Below the pieces are notes generated by a model that ran no database searches, was not told the DNA's origin, and saw only the letters and a program-made list of their open reading frames with translations. A stretch of 64,000 nt of DNA from contig CAWJQU010000013.1 in the NCBI GenBank assembly GCA_963845145.1, positions 64,001-128,000 on the forward strand. The letters are read 5' to 3'. This document shows, in pieces, positions 10,733 through 20,536 of the stretch; position 1 is the first letter of the stretch; each line of letters begins with the position of its first letter. The position numbers and the translations under genes were made by a program. The stretch comes from an uncultured delta proteobacterium. Its GTDB lineage: Bacteria; Desulfobacterota; Desulfobacteria; Desulfobacterales; QNYZ01.

Positions 10733-11125
10733 ATGAACGATAAAAAAAGAATACTTGTGGTGGATGATGAACCTGATTTCTGCTCAATTGTGCAGGGACA
10801 GTTGGAAAACGAGGGGTTTGAAGTGGATGTGGCCTACAATGGTTTGGAAGGCATCGAGAAGGTTCACGCCAATCCGCCGGACGCCATCGTGTTAGACGTG
10901 ATGATGCCGGAAAAAGATGGATATGAAATGTGTGCGGAACTAAAAGGCGATGAGAATTGTTGCGATATTCCCATCGTTCTTTTGACCGCCGTGGCTTCCC
11001 ATGTCACCTCGACGCGATATACCCACGCCGACGGGATGAGTACCGAAGCGGATGACTATATCGCCAAACCCGCCTCGGCCGAGGAGATTACCGAAAGTGT
11101 CAAGCGTTTGCTAAACATGGCTTAA
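10733..11125 (+). CDS. Stand-alone response regulator receiver protein
   Basis: ILVVDDE, LDVMMP, LLTA, YIAKP; no output domain. Confidence 0.92.
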   Translation: MNDKKRILVVDDEPDFCSIVQGQLENEGFEVDVAYNGLEGIEKVHANPPDAIVLDVMMPEKDGYEMCAELKGDENCCDIPIVLLTAVASHVTSTRYTHADGMSTEADDYIAKPASAEEITESVKRLLNMA

Positions 11126-11188
11126 CCAAAAAAGGGCACGAGTCACTTGTTCGATTCGTACTGACCGATAACAACGAGGGGGGAGGGT

Positions 11189-12487
11189 ATGTCATCCCAG
11201 GTTTTGGAGATAAAACCAAAAGCCGATAAATCGTTCATGGATACCGTCAAACAACTACTGCCGGACGGAGGCAATTTGAACCTGTGCCTGACGTGCGGCC
11301 TTTGCGCTTCCGGTTGTCCCGCCGCGGGGCTTGGAAATATGGACCCGCGCAAGTTTCTGCGTATGGCGGCTTTGGGCATGGATGAAGAAGTTATGAATGG
11401 CGAGTGGGCCTGGTGGTGTACTATGTGTATGCGTTGTGTTCATGCCTGTCCTATGAAAATTGATATCCCTGCTTTGGTAGCCAATGTTCGCAAGAATTGG
11501 CCCAAAGAGAACCAACCCAAAGGTATTCGGGGATCCTGTGAGATGGCCTTGCGCAATGATACCTGTTCAGCCATGGGCGCCACGGAAGAGGACTGGCGTT
11601 TTGTGGTGGAAGATGTGGCGGAAGAGGTGCGAGATACCCAACCTGGTTTTGAAAAATTGCAGGCGCCCATGGATAAAGAAGGCGCCACCTTTTATTTGAA
11701 TCAAAACTCAAGGGAACCGGTTACCGAGCCCGATGAAATGGTTCCACTGTGGAAGGTTTTGCATGAAGTCGGTGCCGATTGGACTTACGGATCCAAGGGA
11801 TGGGCAGCTGAAAATTACTGCCTTTTCTGCCAGGACTTCGAAGGGTGGGAGCACATTTTACGGGTCAAGGCAAAGGCGGTTGATGATCTGGGCTGTAAAG
11901 TCTGGCTCAACACTGAATGAGGGCACGAATTTTTTGCAGTCCGGGTCGGACTGGCCAAATTTAACATCGATCATGATTTTGAAATTAAAAGCCTTATCGA
12001 ATATTATGCCAAATGGATTCGTGAAGGTAAGCTGAAAGTCAATTCTGATTGGAACAAGGATTTAAAAGTCAAATTTACCGTACAGGACCCCTGCCAGCTC
12101 GTCCGAAAAACGCTGGGAGATCCCATTGCTGAAGATCTTCGATTTGTCGTGCAGACCGTCGTGGGAGAAGAAAACTATATAGACATGCATCCCAATCGAT
12201 CAAATAACTATTGTTGCGGCGGCGGCGGCGGATTTCTTCAGTCCGGGTATCCCGATGAGCGAAGGCATTACGGACGCTTGAAATTTGAGCAGGTGATGGA
12301 CACCGGCGCGGATTACTGCATTACCCCCTGCCACAATTGCCATGCGCAAATCCATGATTTGAAAGAGCACTATAGCGGCAAGTATCATACAGTTCACCTT
12401 TGGACCATCATTTGTCTGGCGATGGGTATCCTAGGTGAGAACGAACGGGCATATCTCGGGCCGGACCTGGCCGAGCTAGGACTTTGA
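11189..12487 (+). CDS. HdrC/HdrD(DsrK/GlpC)-type Fe-S oxidoreductase with CCG domains; selenocysteine U244 at TGA 11918-11920
   Basis: Two CxxCxxCxxxCP motifs. Read-through gives NTE-U-GHEF (ECGH motif) and continues open through QDPCQLVR into ORF 12149-12487 (NYCCGGGGG, TPCHNC). Confidence 0.88.
11937..11953 (+). other. Bacterial SECIS-like hairpin (CCG Fe-S protein)
   Basis: Perfect stem CAGTCCG-GGT-CGGACTG, loop 23 nt after the TGA, extendable by AATTT/AAATT. Confidence 0.8.
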
Positions 12488-12529
12488 CACACAAGATACT
12501 ATTGACCCCATAAGGTTAAACCATATGCC

Positions 12530-13345
12530 ATGAAAGTCTACTGTATTCTCGGTGACGAGCGGGCTTTTCGGACCAAATCGCCGCACATGTTTTCCAAGGT
12601 TATGGAAAATCTCGGTCTGCGGGCCGGTTATGTTCCTTTTAAGGTGGTTCCGGATCGGATTGGCCAAGCCATTCAAAGTCTGCGGGTGTTGAACATGGCG
12701 GGTGCCAACGTGACCGTTCCTTACAAGGAAGCCGTCGTACCCCATATGGATATCTTATCCGAAGGCGCGAACATTATCGGTGCCGTTAATACAATTGTCT
12801 GTGATGGTGACACCCTCAAAGGGTACAATACCAATGCTATCGGCATCATGGATGCATTGGCGGATTCGGGGTTTAAGGCGGAGGGTAAATCTGCATTAAT
12901 TTTTGGAACCGGCGGAGCGGCCATGGCGGCGGCATTTATTTTAAATTGGCTGCGGACAGGCACTATTTATGTTACTGGGCGCGACGAATCCAAGTGCCGT
13001 AGGATCGTCGAAAAGTTTGGCGGTGAAACCATCGGGTTAAACACCCTTGCCGATAATTCCCTGCCCGTGCACATTGTTGTCAATGCCACATCGGTGTCAA
13101 CGGCAGATGAGTCGGCATCCATGGCTGCCCTGGCAAAGAAGTTGGAGCTTCCGGACTGTGAACTGGTATTTGACTTAAACTACGGGAGAGATCGGAATTT
13201 CTGGGAAGAACTGGCAATTAAAAACGGGGTCCGTTTTATTGACGGCCTGGCCCCTTTGGCCTACCAGGCCAGGCGAACGTTTGCATTATGGACAAAACTA
13301 CAAGTACCGCCTGAAGAATTTATCAAAGCGTTGCATGATTCGTAA
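12530..13345 (+). CDS. Shikimate dehydrogenase-family protein (atypical)
   Basis: GANVTVPYKE, GAVNT, GTGGAA, VNATS, DLNY; NTN replaces the usual NTD. Confidence 0.85.
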   Translation: MKVYCILGDERAFRTKSPHMFSKVMENLGLRAGYVPFKVVPDRIGQAIQSLRVLNMAGANVTVPYKEAVVPHMDILSEGANIIGAVNTIVCDGDTLKGYNTNAIGIMDALADSGFKAEGKSALIFGTGGAAMAAAFILNWLRTGTIYVTGRDESKCRRIVEKFGGETIGLNTLADNSLPVHIVVNATSVSTADESASMAALAKKLELPDCELVFDLNYGRDRNFWEELAIKNGVRFIDGLAPLAYQARRTFALWTKLQVPPEEFIKALHDS

Positions 13346-13405
13346 AAAGGGACTCACGCACGACAACGCTACTTTTGGCTCTATCTCACTTTAAATCGAT
13401 AGACA

Positions 13406-14910
13406 TCATTCCGTGAGCGGCAGTAAAACCGTAAAGGTACTTCCTTTGCCCGGCTCACTTTCAACATCGATAAACCCTCCCAGAGAGTCTACCAAGCCTT
13501 TGACGATGGGCAAACCCAGGCCGGTCCCCGTTATATAGCGTGTTTTATCATCTTTAACGCGATAGAATCTTTGAAAGATTTTATCCAGGTACTTGTCGGC
13601 AATACCAAAACCATTGTCGATGACTTTAACCCGTGCATTGATGCCGGCAAGGTCTATCACCACCTTAATTTTACCACCTTCCTGAGTGTAGTTGATGGCG
13701 TTGGTGATTAAGTTTCCGAAAATACTTTCGATGGCAATGGGGTCGGCGGATAGATCCGGGAAGGCGTCTTTGGGAAGGTCCACGGCCAACGTCTGATTTT
13801 TAGATGCGGCCCTGGTCCCCAGAAAATCGACGATATTATGAATGATTTCTTCCAGACGAACCGGCTGGGGCTCATGACAGATCAAGCCCTCCTCAATGCG
13901 GGAGAGATCCAAAAGGTCGCCTATGAGCGATATCAATCCCTGGGTCTTGTCCTTGGCACGGGAAAGCACATGATGGTCACTATCGGTCGTATCTCCGACC
14001 ATGTCTTTAATAACCAGTGCCAGTTGTTCGTGGATGGTTGACAATGGCGAACGCAACTCATGGGAGACTTTGGCAACGAATTCCGATTTCAAGCGATCAA
14101 GTACTTTCATATCCGAAATGTCGACGAAATTAACCACCGCTCCCAGACACTCTCTTTTCTCGCCTAACACAGGCTGTCCTCGAACGAGGAGGAACCTCTC
14201 TTCGGCAACCTTTAGCTCCCGGTCCGGAATATCTTCATAATCAATGTGCTTCCCAGCGGATATTTCGTGAATCAAACGGCATAAATCGCTATCGGGCACA
14301 TAATCCTCAATGGCCTCACCCGGTTGGGAAGGGGTGTTTTTACCCAGAAAATGGCAACAGGCAGGATTGATTAAAACCACAACGCCCTCGGTATTGGTGA
14401 CCAGGACACCGTTCGGTAGCGATTTTACGATAGTGTGAAGACGGCTTTTTTCCGTGTCGAGGTCGGATAAGGTTCTTTTTTTTCTAATTCCAATAGCTTG
14501 GCTTGCCGAGTAAGCAAGATCTTGTCAGCCGCGCGCCCGGCGATAATTCGCATCCGATCCGGTTCAAAGGGTTTGGGAATAAAATCGTAGGCCCCATTTT
14601 TCAACGCCATGATAGCCGTTTCGACGGTGGCGAAACCGGTAACCACAATCACAATAATGGTATCGTCCAACGCCATGATTCGTTCCAGTACTTCCATCCC
14701 CTCCATGCCCGGCATTTTCAGATCGAGAAAGACAATAGCGATTTGATCCTTTGACAAAATATCCAGAGCCTCTTCACCCCTGGAGGCCTTTATCACCTGA
14801 AACCCCTGACGGCTTAAGATCCGTTCGGACCCATCCCGGATGTCTTCCTCATCATCCACCACCAATATGCGAATGGTCTCAAACTTCACGTTCGCCGCTG
14901 TTTCCTTCAT
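13406..14910 (-). CDS. Hybrid REC-PAS-HisKA-HATPase sensor kinase, frameshifted at an A8 run (14476-14483)
   Basis: The receiver ORF 14425-14910 joins the kinase ORF 13406-14380 (SHELRSPL, NAINY, DNGFG, GTGLGL) if one A is added: EKKRTLSDLDTEKSRLHTIVKSLPNGVLVTN. Confidence 0.85.
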
Positions 14911-16372
14911 GTTCTTTTCTCCTTAGGGGAAGTTCAATTGTAAATACGGCTCCCTTATCGGGATTGTTTTTGGCGGTGATTCGGCCGCCATGGTTTTCAA
15001 CGATACCATATACCAGACTTAAGCCCAAACCGGTACCCTCACCCTCATCTTTAGTGGTGAAAAAAGGGTCGAAAATGTGGGGTAAAATCGAATTCGGGAT
15101 ACCCGGCCCCGAATCTGCCACCTCAATTGTGATCCAATCTTTTTCATGGGTGGTATAACTTTTAATCGAAAGTACGCCTTCACCCTCCATGGCCTGGGCC
15201 GCGTTTAGAATGATGTTCATGAAAATGTGGTTGATCTGCTGAATATCCACCGGGACGGGCGGTAACGATGACGAGAGCTCTTTTTTAATTTCAATATTGT
15301 GAAAAAGCGTTTGATTCTCCAGCAGGAAAAGGGTGCGTAACAGCGCTTTGTTGATATCATGGGGCTGGATGAAATGGCGGGTCTGGCGGGAAAACTCAAG
15401 CAGCTCTTTTACGGTGTCACGGCATCGTTTGGCATCTTTTAAAATGCGGTTCAAATCACTGGTAATGCTTTCATCCAGTTCATGTTCTTCCAATATCAAC
15501 TGGGTAAATAGGGTGATCCCTCCCAGGGGGTTATTCAGTTGATGGGCAACCCCGGCGGCTAGTTTTCCTAAAGAAGACATTTTTTCAGCCTGAAGAAGTT
15601 GCACCTGTGTGCGCTCAAGCTCTTTGTGCATTTTAATGGTTTCGCGCAGGTCTCGAAAAAACCCAATGGTGGCGACCTCTTTATCCCCGTCATAAACAAT
15701 GGAGGCATTTAAACTAATGGGAACTGTGTTTTTGGCTTCATCAAAGACTTCGACGCGATACGAGTAGAGCTTGCCTATACCCCCATGGGCAGTACTTCTT
15801 AAATTTTCCATAATGACGTATTCAATACCATTGGGGTAAATATCATGAATCGTCAGCTCATTTATGGCTTCGTCCGCTGTAATACCAGAGACCTTTTCCG
15901 CTGCCTGGTTAAAAATGAGAATGCGGCCCTTCATATCTGCAGCGATGACACCATCCGGAGCGCTTAAAAGCAAATTATGTAACAGGGCATTGGCGCGACG
16001 GGTTTCGTCTTCAGCAATACTTCGATTGGGGATGCTAAAATCCATACTAACGACGGCTTCAACCCGGTCGCCGTCAAAAATCGGATAGGCATAGTAACAG
16101 GGCATGTTGATGAGTCCGGGAGATGGATGTTCCTGGGGTCTCAGAGACGGTTTACCGGTTTCAAGAACTTCCCTTACAGAACAATTTTCGCATGGCGATT
16201 CATGCCCATAGTAAACCAAATGGCAGTATTTGCCGATAAATGGTTCATCGTCCTTATCATCTGTTGGAAAACTGGCGGCCAAAATTTCAAAATCCGGTGA
16301 GACAACGATCATCCTTTTTCGAAAAGCATCGACCGCTTTAAGCAGGTACTGGTTTTCCAATTCGGTTCGCAT
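14879..16372 (-). CDS. PAS-domain sensor histidine kinase (NtrB-like)
   Basis: Two PAS-like regions, AHQLNNPL H-box, NAAQA, DSGPG, FDPFFTTK, GTGLGL; alternative start 16393. Confidence 0.92.
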   Translation of the reverse strand: MRTELENQYLLKAVDAFRKRMIVVSPDFEILAASFPTDDKDDEPFIGKYCHLVYYGHESPCENCSVREVLETGKPSLRPQEHPSPGLINMPCYYAYPIFDGDRVEAVVSMDFSIPNRSIAEDETRRANALLHNLLLSAPDGVIAADMKGRILIFNQAAEKVSGITADEAINELTIHDIYPNGIEYVIMENLRSTAHGGIGKLYSYRVEVFDEAKNTVPISLNASIVYDGDKEVATIGFFRDLRETIKMHKELERTQVQLLQAEKMSSLGKLAAGVAHQLNNPLGGITLFTQLILEEHELDESITSDLNRILKDAKRCRDTVKELLEFSRQTRHFIQPHDINKALLRTLFLLENQTLFHNIEIKKELSSSLPPVPVDIQQINHIFMNIILNAAQAMEGEGVLSIKSYTTHEKDWITIEVADSGPGIPNSILPHIFDPFFTTKDEGEGTGLGLSLVYGIVENHGGRITAKNNPDKGAVFTIELPLRRKEHEGNSGEREV

Positions 16373-16427
16373 GCGTTTTCCCCCTTGCGACATCGTTTTG
16401 AACTCAATTTTTATGCTACGCTATGGT

Positions 16428-17774
16428 TTACGCCACCATTTTTTTTACCAGCTGATTGGCTGCCGTTAACGTCGGGTCCCAGGTAGGGCCGAACGGTGGT
16501 GCGTACGCCAGGTCCGACTGAGCATATTCGGCCACCGTTAATCCGGCCATCAATGCGACGGCCGGTGCATTGATGCGGTGGGCCACGCCGTCCTGACCAA
16601 CCATCTGGGCGCCGAGAAGCCTGCCGGACTTACGATCCCCCACCATTTGGACTGAAATGTGCGATGAGCCAGGGTGGGCATGGGCCCGAGACGGGGCTTT
16701 TATAACCACTTCAACAGGGTCGAAGCCTGCTTGAGCTGCTTCACGAAGCGTTAAACCGGTTCGGGCCACTTCCAGGTTGAAGACGCGAAACACGGCGGTA
16801 CCGACGATGCCCGGTAAAGAGACGGCTTTACCGCATACATTATCCGCCACAGCCCAGCCGGCGCGATTGGCGCGTAGCGCCAGGGGTATCCAGGTTTTTT
16901 GACCGGTCACCACGTGAAAAGCATCGGCGCAGTCACCGGCGGCATAGATACCTTCTATTGATGTGTGCAGTTGTTGGTCAACAGCGATAGATCGTCCGAT
17001 ACTTAGCTCAAGACCGGCCGATTCAGCCACCTGGCTGTTCGGCGCGATACCGATGGCCACAAGAACCATATCCGCAGGATAGGTGCCGTTTTCACCGATC
17101 ACGTTCATGCCACTGTTATTTTTTTCGATTCTGTCGATCCTTTGTCCCGTGATAACCTGTACCTGGTTCTTTTTAAGTTCCTCCAGAATGATGCCTGATA
17201 GGTCGGTGTGCATCCAGGGTAGAAGGGTTGGGCGGGGTTTGATCATGGCGATCTCAATCCCTAAACCCCGCAACGCTTCACACATCTCCAACGCAATATA
17301 CCCCATCCCCAAAATCACCGCTTTTTTTACGGAATTTTGGTTGATAAAGTCTTTGATGTGGCGACCTTCTTCCAGGCTTTTTAACTTCATGACGCCGGGC
17401 AATTCGATACCCGGTAATTCCGGTAAAAGGGCCGATGCACCTGTGGCAATGAGCAGCCGGTCGTACCCACACTCAAAAGGTTCACCTGCTTGGTTGACTC
17501 CCGTCACCCGGCGGCTTGCCGCGTCGATGGATGTTACCGTGTGGTCGGTGAGCAGGTCGATGCCTTGTTTTTTTCGGAAGACATCCGCCGGCCGGACGAT
17601 CAACTCGTCCATTTTGCGCTCCGGGTCGCCGATGGCATAGGGCATGCCGCAAGCACTATAGGAGACATCTCCGGTTTTTTCCAAAACGATGACTTCCAAA
17701 TCCGGTTGATGCCGTTTGGCCCGGCTGGCAGCGCTCATTCCGGCGGCATCTCCGCCAATGATCACAAAACGCAT
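16428..17774 (-). CDS. CoA-disulfide reductase / NADH oxidase family flavoprotein
   Basis: GGDAAGMSAA, SYSACGMPY redox Cys, GMGYIALE, AAGDC, YAPPF. Confidence 0.9.
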   Translation of the reverse strand: MRFVIIGGDAAGMSAASRAKRHQPDLEVIVLEKTGDVSYSACGMPYAIGDPERKMDELIVRPADVFRKKQGIDLLTDHTVTSIDAASRRVTGVNQAGEPFECGYDRLLIATGASALLPELPGIELPGVMKLKSLEEGRHIKDFINQNSVKKAVILGMGYIALEMCEALRGLGIEIAMIKPRPTLLPWMHTDLSGIILEELKKNQVQVITGQRIDRIEKNNSGMNVIGENGTYPADMVLVAIGIAPNSQVAESAGLELSIGRSIAVDQQLHTSIEGIYAAGDCADAFHVVTGQKTWIPLALRANRAGWAVADNVCGKAVSLPGIVGTAVFRVFNLEVARTGLTLREAAQAGFDPVEVVIKAPSRAHAHPGSSHISVQMVGDRKSGRLLGAQMVGQDGVAHRINAPAVALMAGLTVAEYAQSDLAYAPPFGPTWDPTLTAANQLVKKMVA

Positions 17775-18088
17775 ATGCACCTTCCTTTGGTTTTTTTTAG
17801 TTGGAGCGGTTGGTTGCTACGAGTCAAACCCATCACCTGTAAATTGGGTGGATGCCGGAAGTTTCGTCAATAAATCTGATCGGATATGATGGGGCCGGCA
17901 AATGACCCCTTTTCTTTACACCGATTCTATTGGGATGCCAACCTTGGATTTTAAATTTGGCAGGACAATCGCAATTAAAAATCCTTAAAAATTGATTTTT
18001 ACTTGCAACTGCCCTGGGGACAACGATACCCGCGCTTTGTTTATGGGTAATATTCTGATAATAAAGGCGGAATCGCTTTAGACTAAAA

Positions 18089-19675
18089 ATGGAAATGACG
18101 GTAATGGGCACATCTCTATATCGAAAAGTCGGATTGGCCACGCTGATTATGTCGGTATCGGTCTTTGCCAGTCGGATTATCGGCCTGGTGCGGGAGGTTG
18201 TGATCGCCCATTCCGGCGGTGCCACCGGTGCTGTGGATGCGTACCAGATTTCCTTTGTTCTGCCGGAAATCCTCAACCATGTCGTCGCCAGCGGCTTTCT
18301 ATCCATTACGTTCATCCCCATTTTTTCACGATATTTGGCCGCTAATCGCGAAGCGGAAGGGTGGCGTGTATTTAATATCATCTTTACGGGCGTCGGAACT
18401 TTACTATTGATCTTTATCGCTATCGCCTTTTATTTCACCCCCAATCTGGTGGCCGTTCTGGTACCGGGTATCGACGATCCTGTTTTGAAAGCCAGGGCCG
18501 TTACCATGACCCGGATCATTCTTCCCGCCCAATTTTTCTTTTTTGCCGGGGGTCTTTTCTCCGCCGTTCAATTTGCCAAGGAACGTTTCTTTTTGCCGGC
18601 TCTGGCACCGTTAATTTATAATTTAGGGATTATTGTCGGTGGTCTTTATTTTGGCCCACAGTTGGGGATGGCGGGATTTTCCTGGGGGGCTCTAGTCGGA
18701 GCGTTTTTGGGAAATTTTGTTATTCAATATATCGGCGCACGTCGGGTGGGCATGCGACTCGCTATCAATTGGAAGCTTAACCATCCGGATTTCAGAACCT
18801 ACATTTTTTTGAGTCTGCCCCTGATGGTAGGCTTGACCATGACGTTCTCAACGGAAATATTTCTCAAATATTTCGGATCGTTTCTCCCTCCCGGCAGCAT
18901 CGCCGGGCTCAATTATGCCCTTCGAATTATGTTGATTTTGGTAGCCTTTTTCGGTCAGGCCGTGGGGGTTGCCTCTTTTCCTTTCATGGCTCAACTGGCC
19001 GTGGAAAACAAAACTGGCGAAATGAATCGGCTTTTAAACAATACCTTGCGTTATCTGGCCCTGGTCATCCCCTTTGCCGTATTGATCATGGTGTTAAGGC
19101 ATGAAGTGGTGCGGATTCTTTTTCAGCGCGGACAATTTGACGCGGCGGCCACCGACATGACGGCAGGTATTCTGGTTTATATCATGATCGGCGCCTTTGC
19201 CTTTGCCGCCCAAACAGTCGTCGTGCGCGGATTTTACGCTTTTCAAAATACGCTATTTCCGGCTGTTTACAGTACAATAGCCGTCGTGGCCAGTATTCCA
19301 CTGTATATCATCGGGCTGAAAGTTATGGGTGCCAACGGGGTTGCTCTGGCGATCTCTGTATCGGTTACGCTCCAGGTGATCTTGCTATTCGTTATTTGGA
19401 ACCGCCGGTATCATAACCCGGATGGCAGATCCATTTACATTTTTATTCTGAAAGCGGTTATGGTCAGTATTCCCCTGGGGGGAGCGATGTTCTGGCTTAG
19501 ACGTTATCTGACGCCATGGATTGACGTATCCACGGTGATCGGGTCTTTGTTGATCGTGATTGTGATTACGGGTTTTTTCGGGGGGGTTCTTGTATGCGGT
19601 GCGGTACTGTTTAATATAAGAGAAATTGGTAATTTGATGGCTCGGCTGAAAATAAAAAGGTACCGAAAGTATTGA
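18089..19675 (+). CDS. murJ: Lipid II flippase MurJ (MviN)
   Basis: SRIIGLVRE, DAYQISF.LP, FIPIF, LFQRGQF; multi-TM MOP family. Confidence 0.9.
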   Translation: MEMTVMGTSLYRKVGLATLIMSVSVFASRIIGLVREVVIAHSGGATGAVDAYQISFVLPEILNHVVASGFLSITFIPIFSRYLAANREAEGWRVFNIIFTGVGTLLLIFIAIAFYFTPNLVAVLVPGIDDPVLKARAVTMTRIILPAQFFFFAGGLFSAVQFAKERFFLPALAPLIYNLGIIVGGLYFGPQLGMAGFSWGALVGAFLGNFVIQYIGARRVGMRLAINWKLNHPDFRTYIFLSLPLMVGLTMTFSTEIFLKYFGSFLPPGSIAGLNYALRIMLILVAFFGQAVGVASFPFMAQLAVENKTGEMNRLLNNTLRYLALVIPFAVLIMVLRHEVVRILFQRGQFDAAATDMTAGILVYIMIGAFAFAAQTVVVRGFYAFQNTLFPAVYSTIAVVASIPLYIIGLKVMGANGVALAISVSVTLQVILLFVIWNRRYHNPDGRSIYIFILKAVMVSIPLGGAMFWLRRYLTPWIDVSTVIGSLLIVIVITGFFGGVLVCGAVLFNIREIGNLMARLKIKRYRKY

Positions 19676-19778
19676 ACGGGATCATTAAAATGGACATTTT
19701 TTATTGACTAAACGATAAATATAATTTATATCAAAACATAAAAAAATAAACAACATTCATTATATTCTGGGGGAAATT

Positions 19779-20420
19779 GTGGGTATCCAGGAGCGCAAAG
19801 CGAGGGAAAAGGAACGTCGTCGACAACAGATTATTGTGGCCGCCAAGCGGGTCTTTTCCCAAAAGGGATTCAACAAAGCGACCATGGAGGATATCGCCGA
19901 GGAGGCGGAACTGAGCCCGGGTACCCTATATCTGTATTTTAAAAACAAAGAAGAATTGTATGCATCATTGTCCTTGCGCATTCTTCAATATTTACGAATA
20001 CGGGTGGAGCATGTTCACCAGGAGGCGGGCCCAGGGCCTGTGGAAAAACTTGATGCCTTGATCGATGCCATGTACGATGTGTATGATTTTGACCCCCTCG
20101 TCATTATCAATATGTTTCACCTGCAATCCAGCGAAACATTGAAAAACTTGTCACCCGAGCTCATGGCCCAGATAAAAGAACTCTCGCGTCAATCGATTAA
20201 CGATATCGCTCGCATTTTCGAAGAGGGCATTGACGCGGGATTGTTCATCGATGAGCACCCGATTGCCTTAGCGGATATCCATTGGTCCTTGTTTTCCGGG
20301 GTTATTCTCTGGGAAGCTAGTAAAAAAATCATTAATAAAGACAAAGATTATCTAAAAGATACCCTTAAATCCGCGTTCAGGATTTTTGCCAGGGGGCTGA
20401 TGGTTAAGCCCAGGGATTGA
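19779..20420 (+). CDS. TetR/AcrR family regulator
   Basis: FSQKGFNKATMEDIAEEAELSPGTLYLYFKNKEEL HTH. Confidence 0.93.
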   Translation: MGIQERKAREKERRRQQIIVAAKRVFSQKGFNKATMEDIAEEAELSPGTLYLYFKNKEELYASLSLRILQYLRIRVEHVHQEAGPGPVEKLDALIDAMYDVYDFDPLVIINMFHLQSSETLKNLSPELMAQIKELSRQSINDIARIFEEGIDAGLFIDEHPIALADIHWSLFSGVILWEASKKIINKDKDYLKDTLKSAFRIFARGLMVKPRD

Positions 20421-20536
20421 TAGGCTTACTCACCATGGATTCAGGTCATCATTTACCTTCCTTGATTTTAGGTAACAAAATCGCCCACCCTGCCGAGCCT
20501 TTACGTCTAGCCGCCCGTTTGGTTCACTAAACCGCT

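Noticed and set aside
3971..12487. Treating hdrL, mvhD and the CCG gene as nonsense pseudogenes
   Set aside because: All three stops are TGA at conserved Cys positions with hairpins 20-23 nt downstream; selenocysteine explains them better than three independent errors.
17958..17973. Possible sigma54 promoter TGGCAGGACAATCGCA before murJ
   Set aside because: GG-N10-GC spacing fits but the -12 element is weak and no enhancer is evident.
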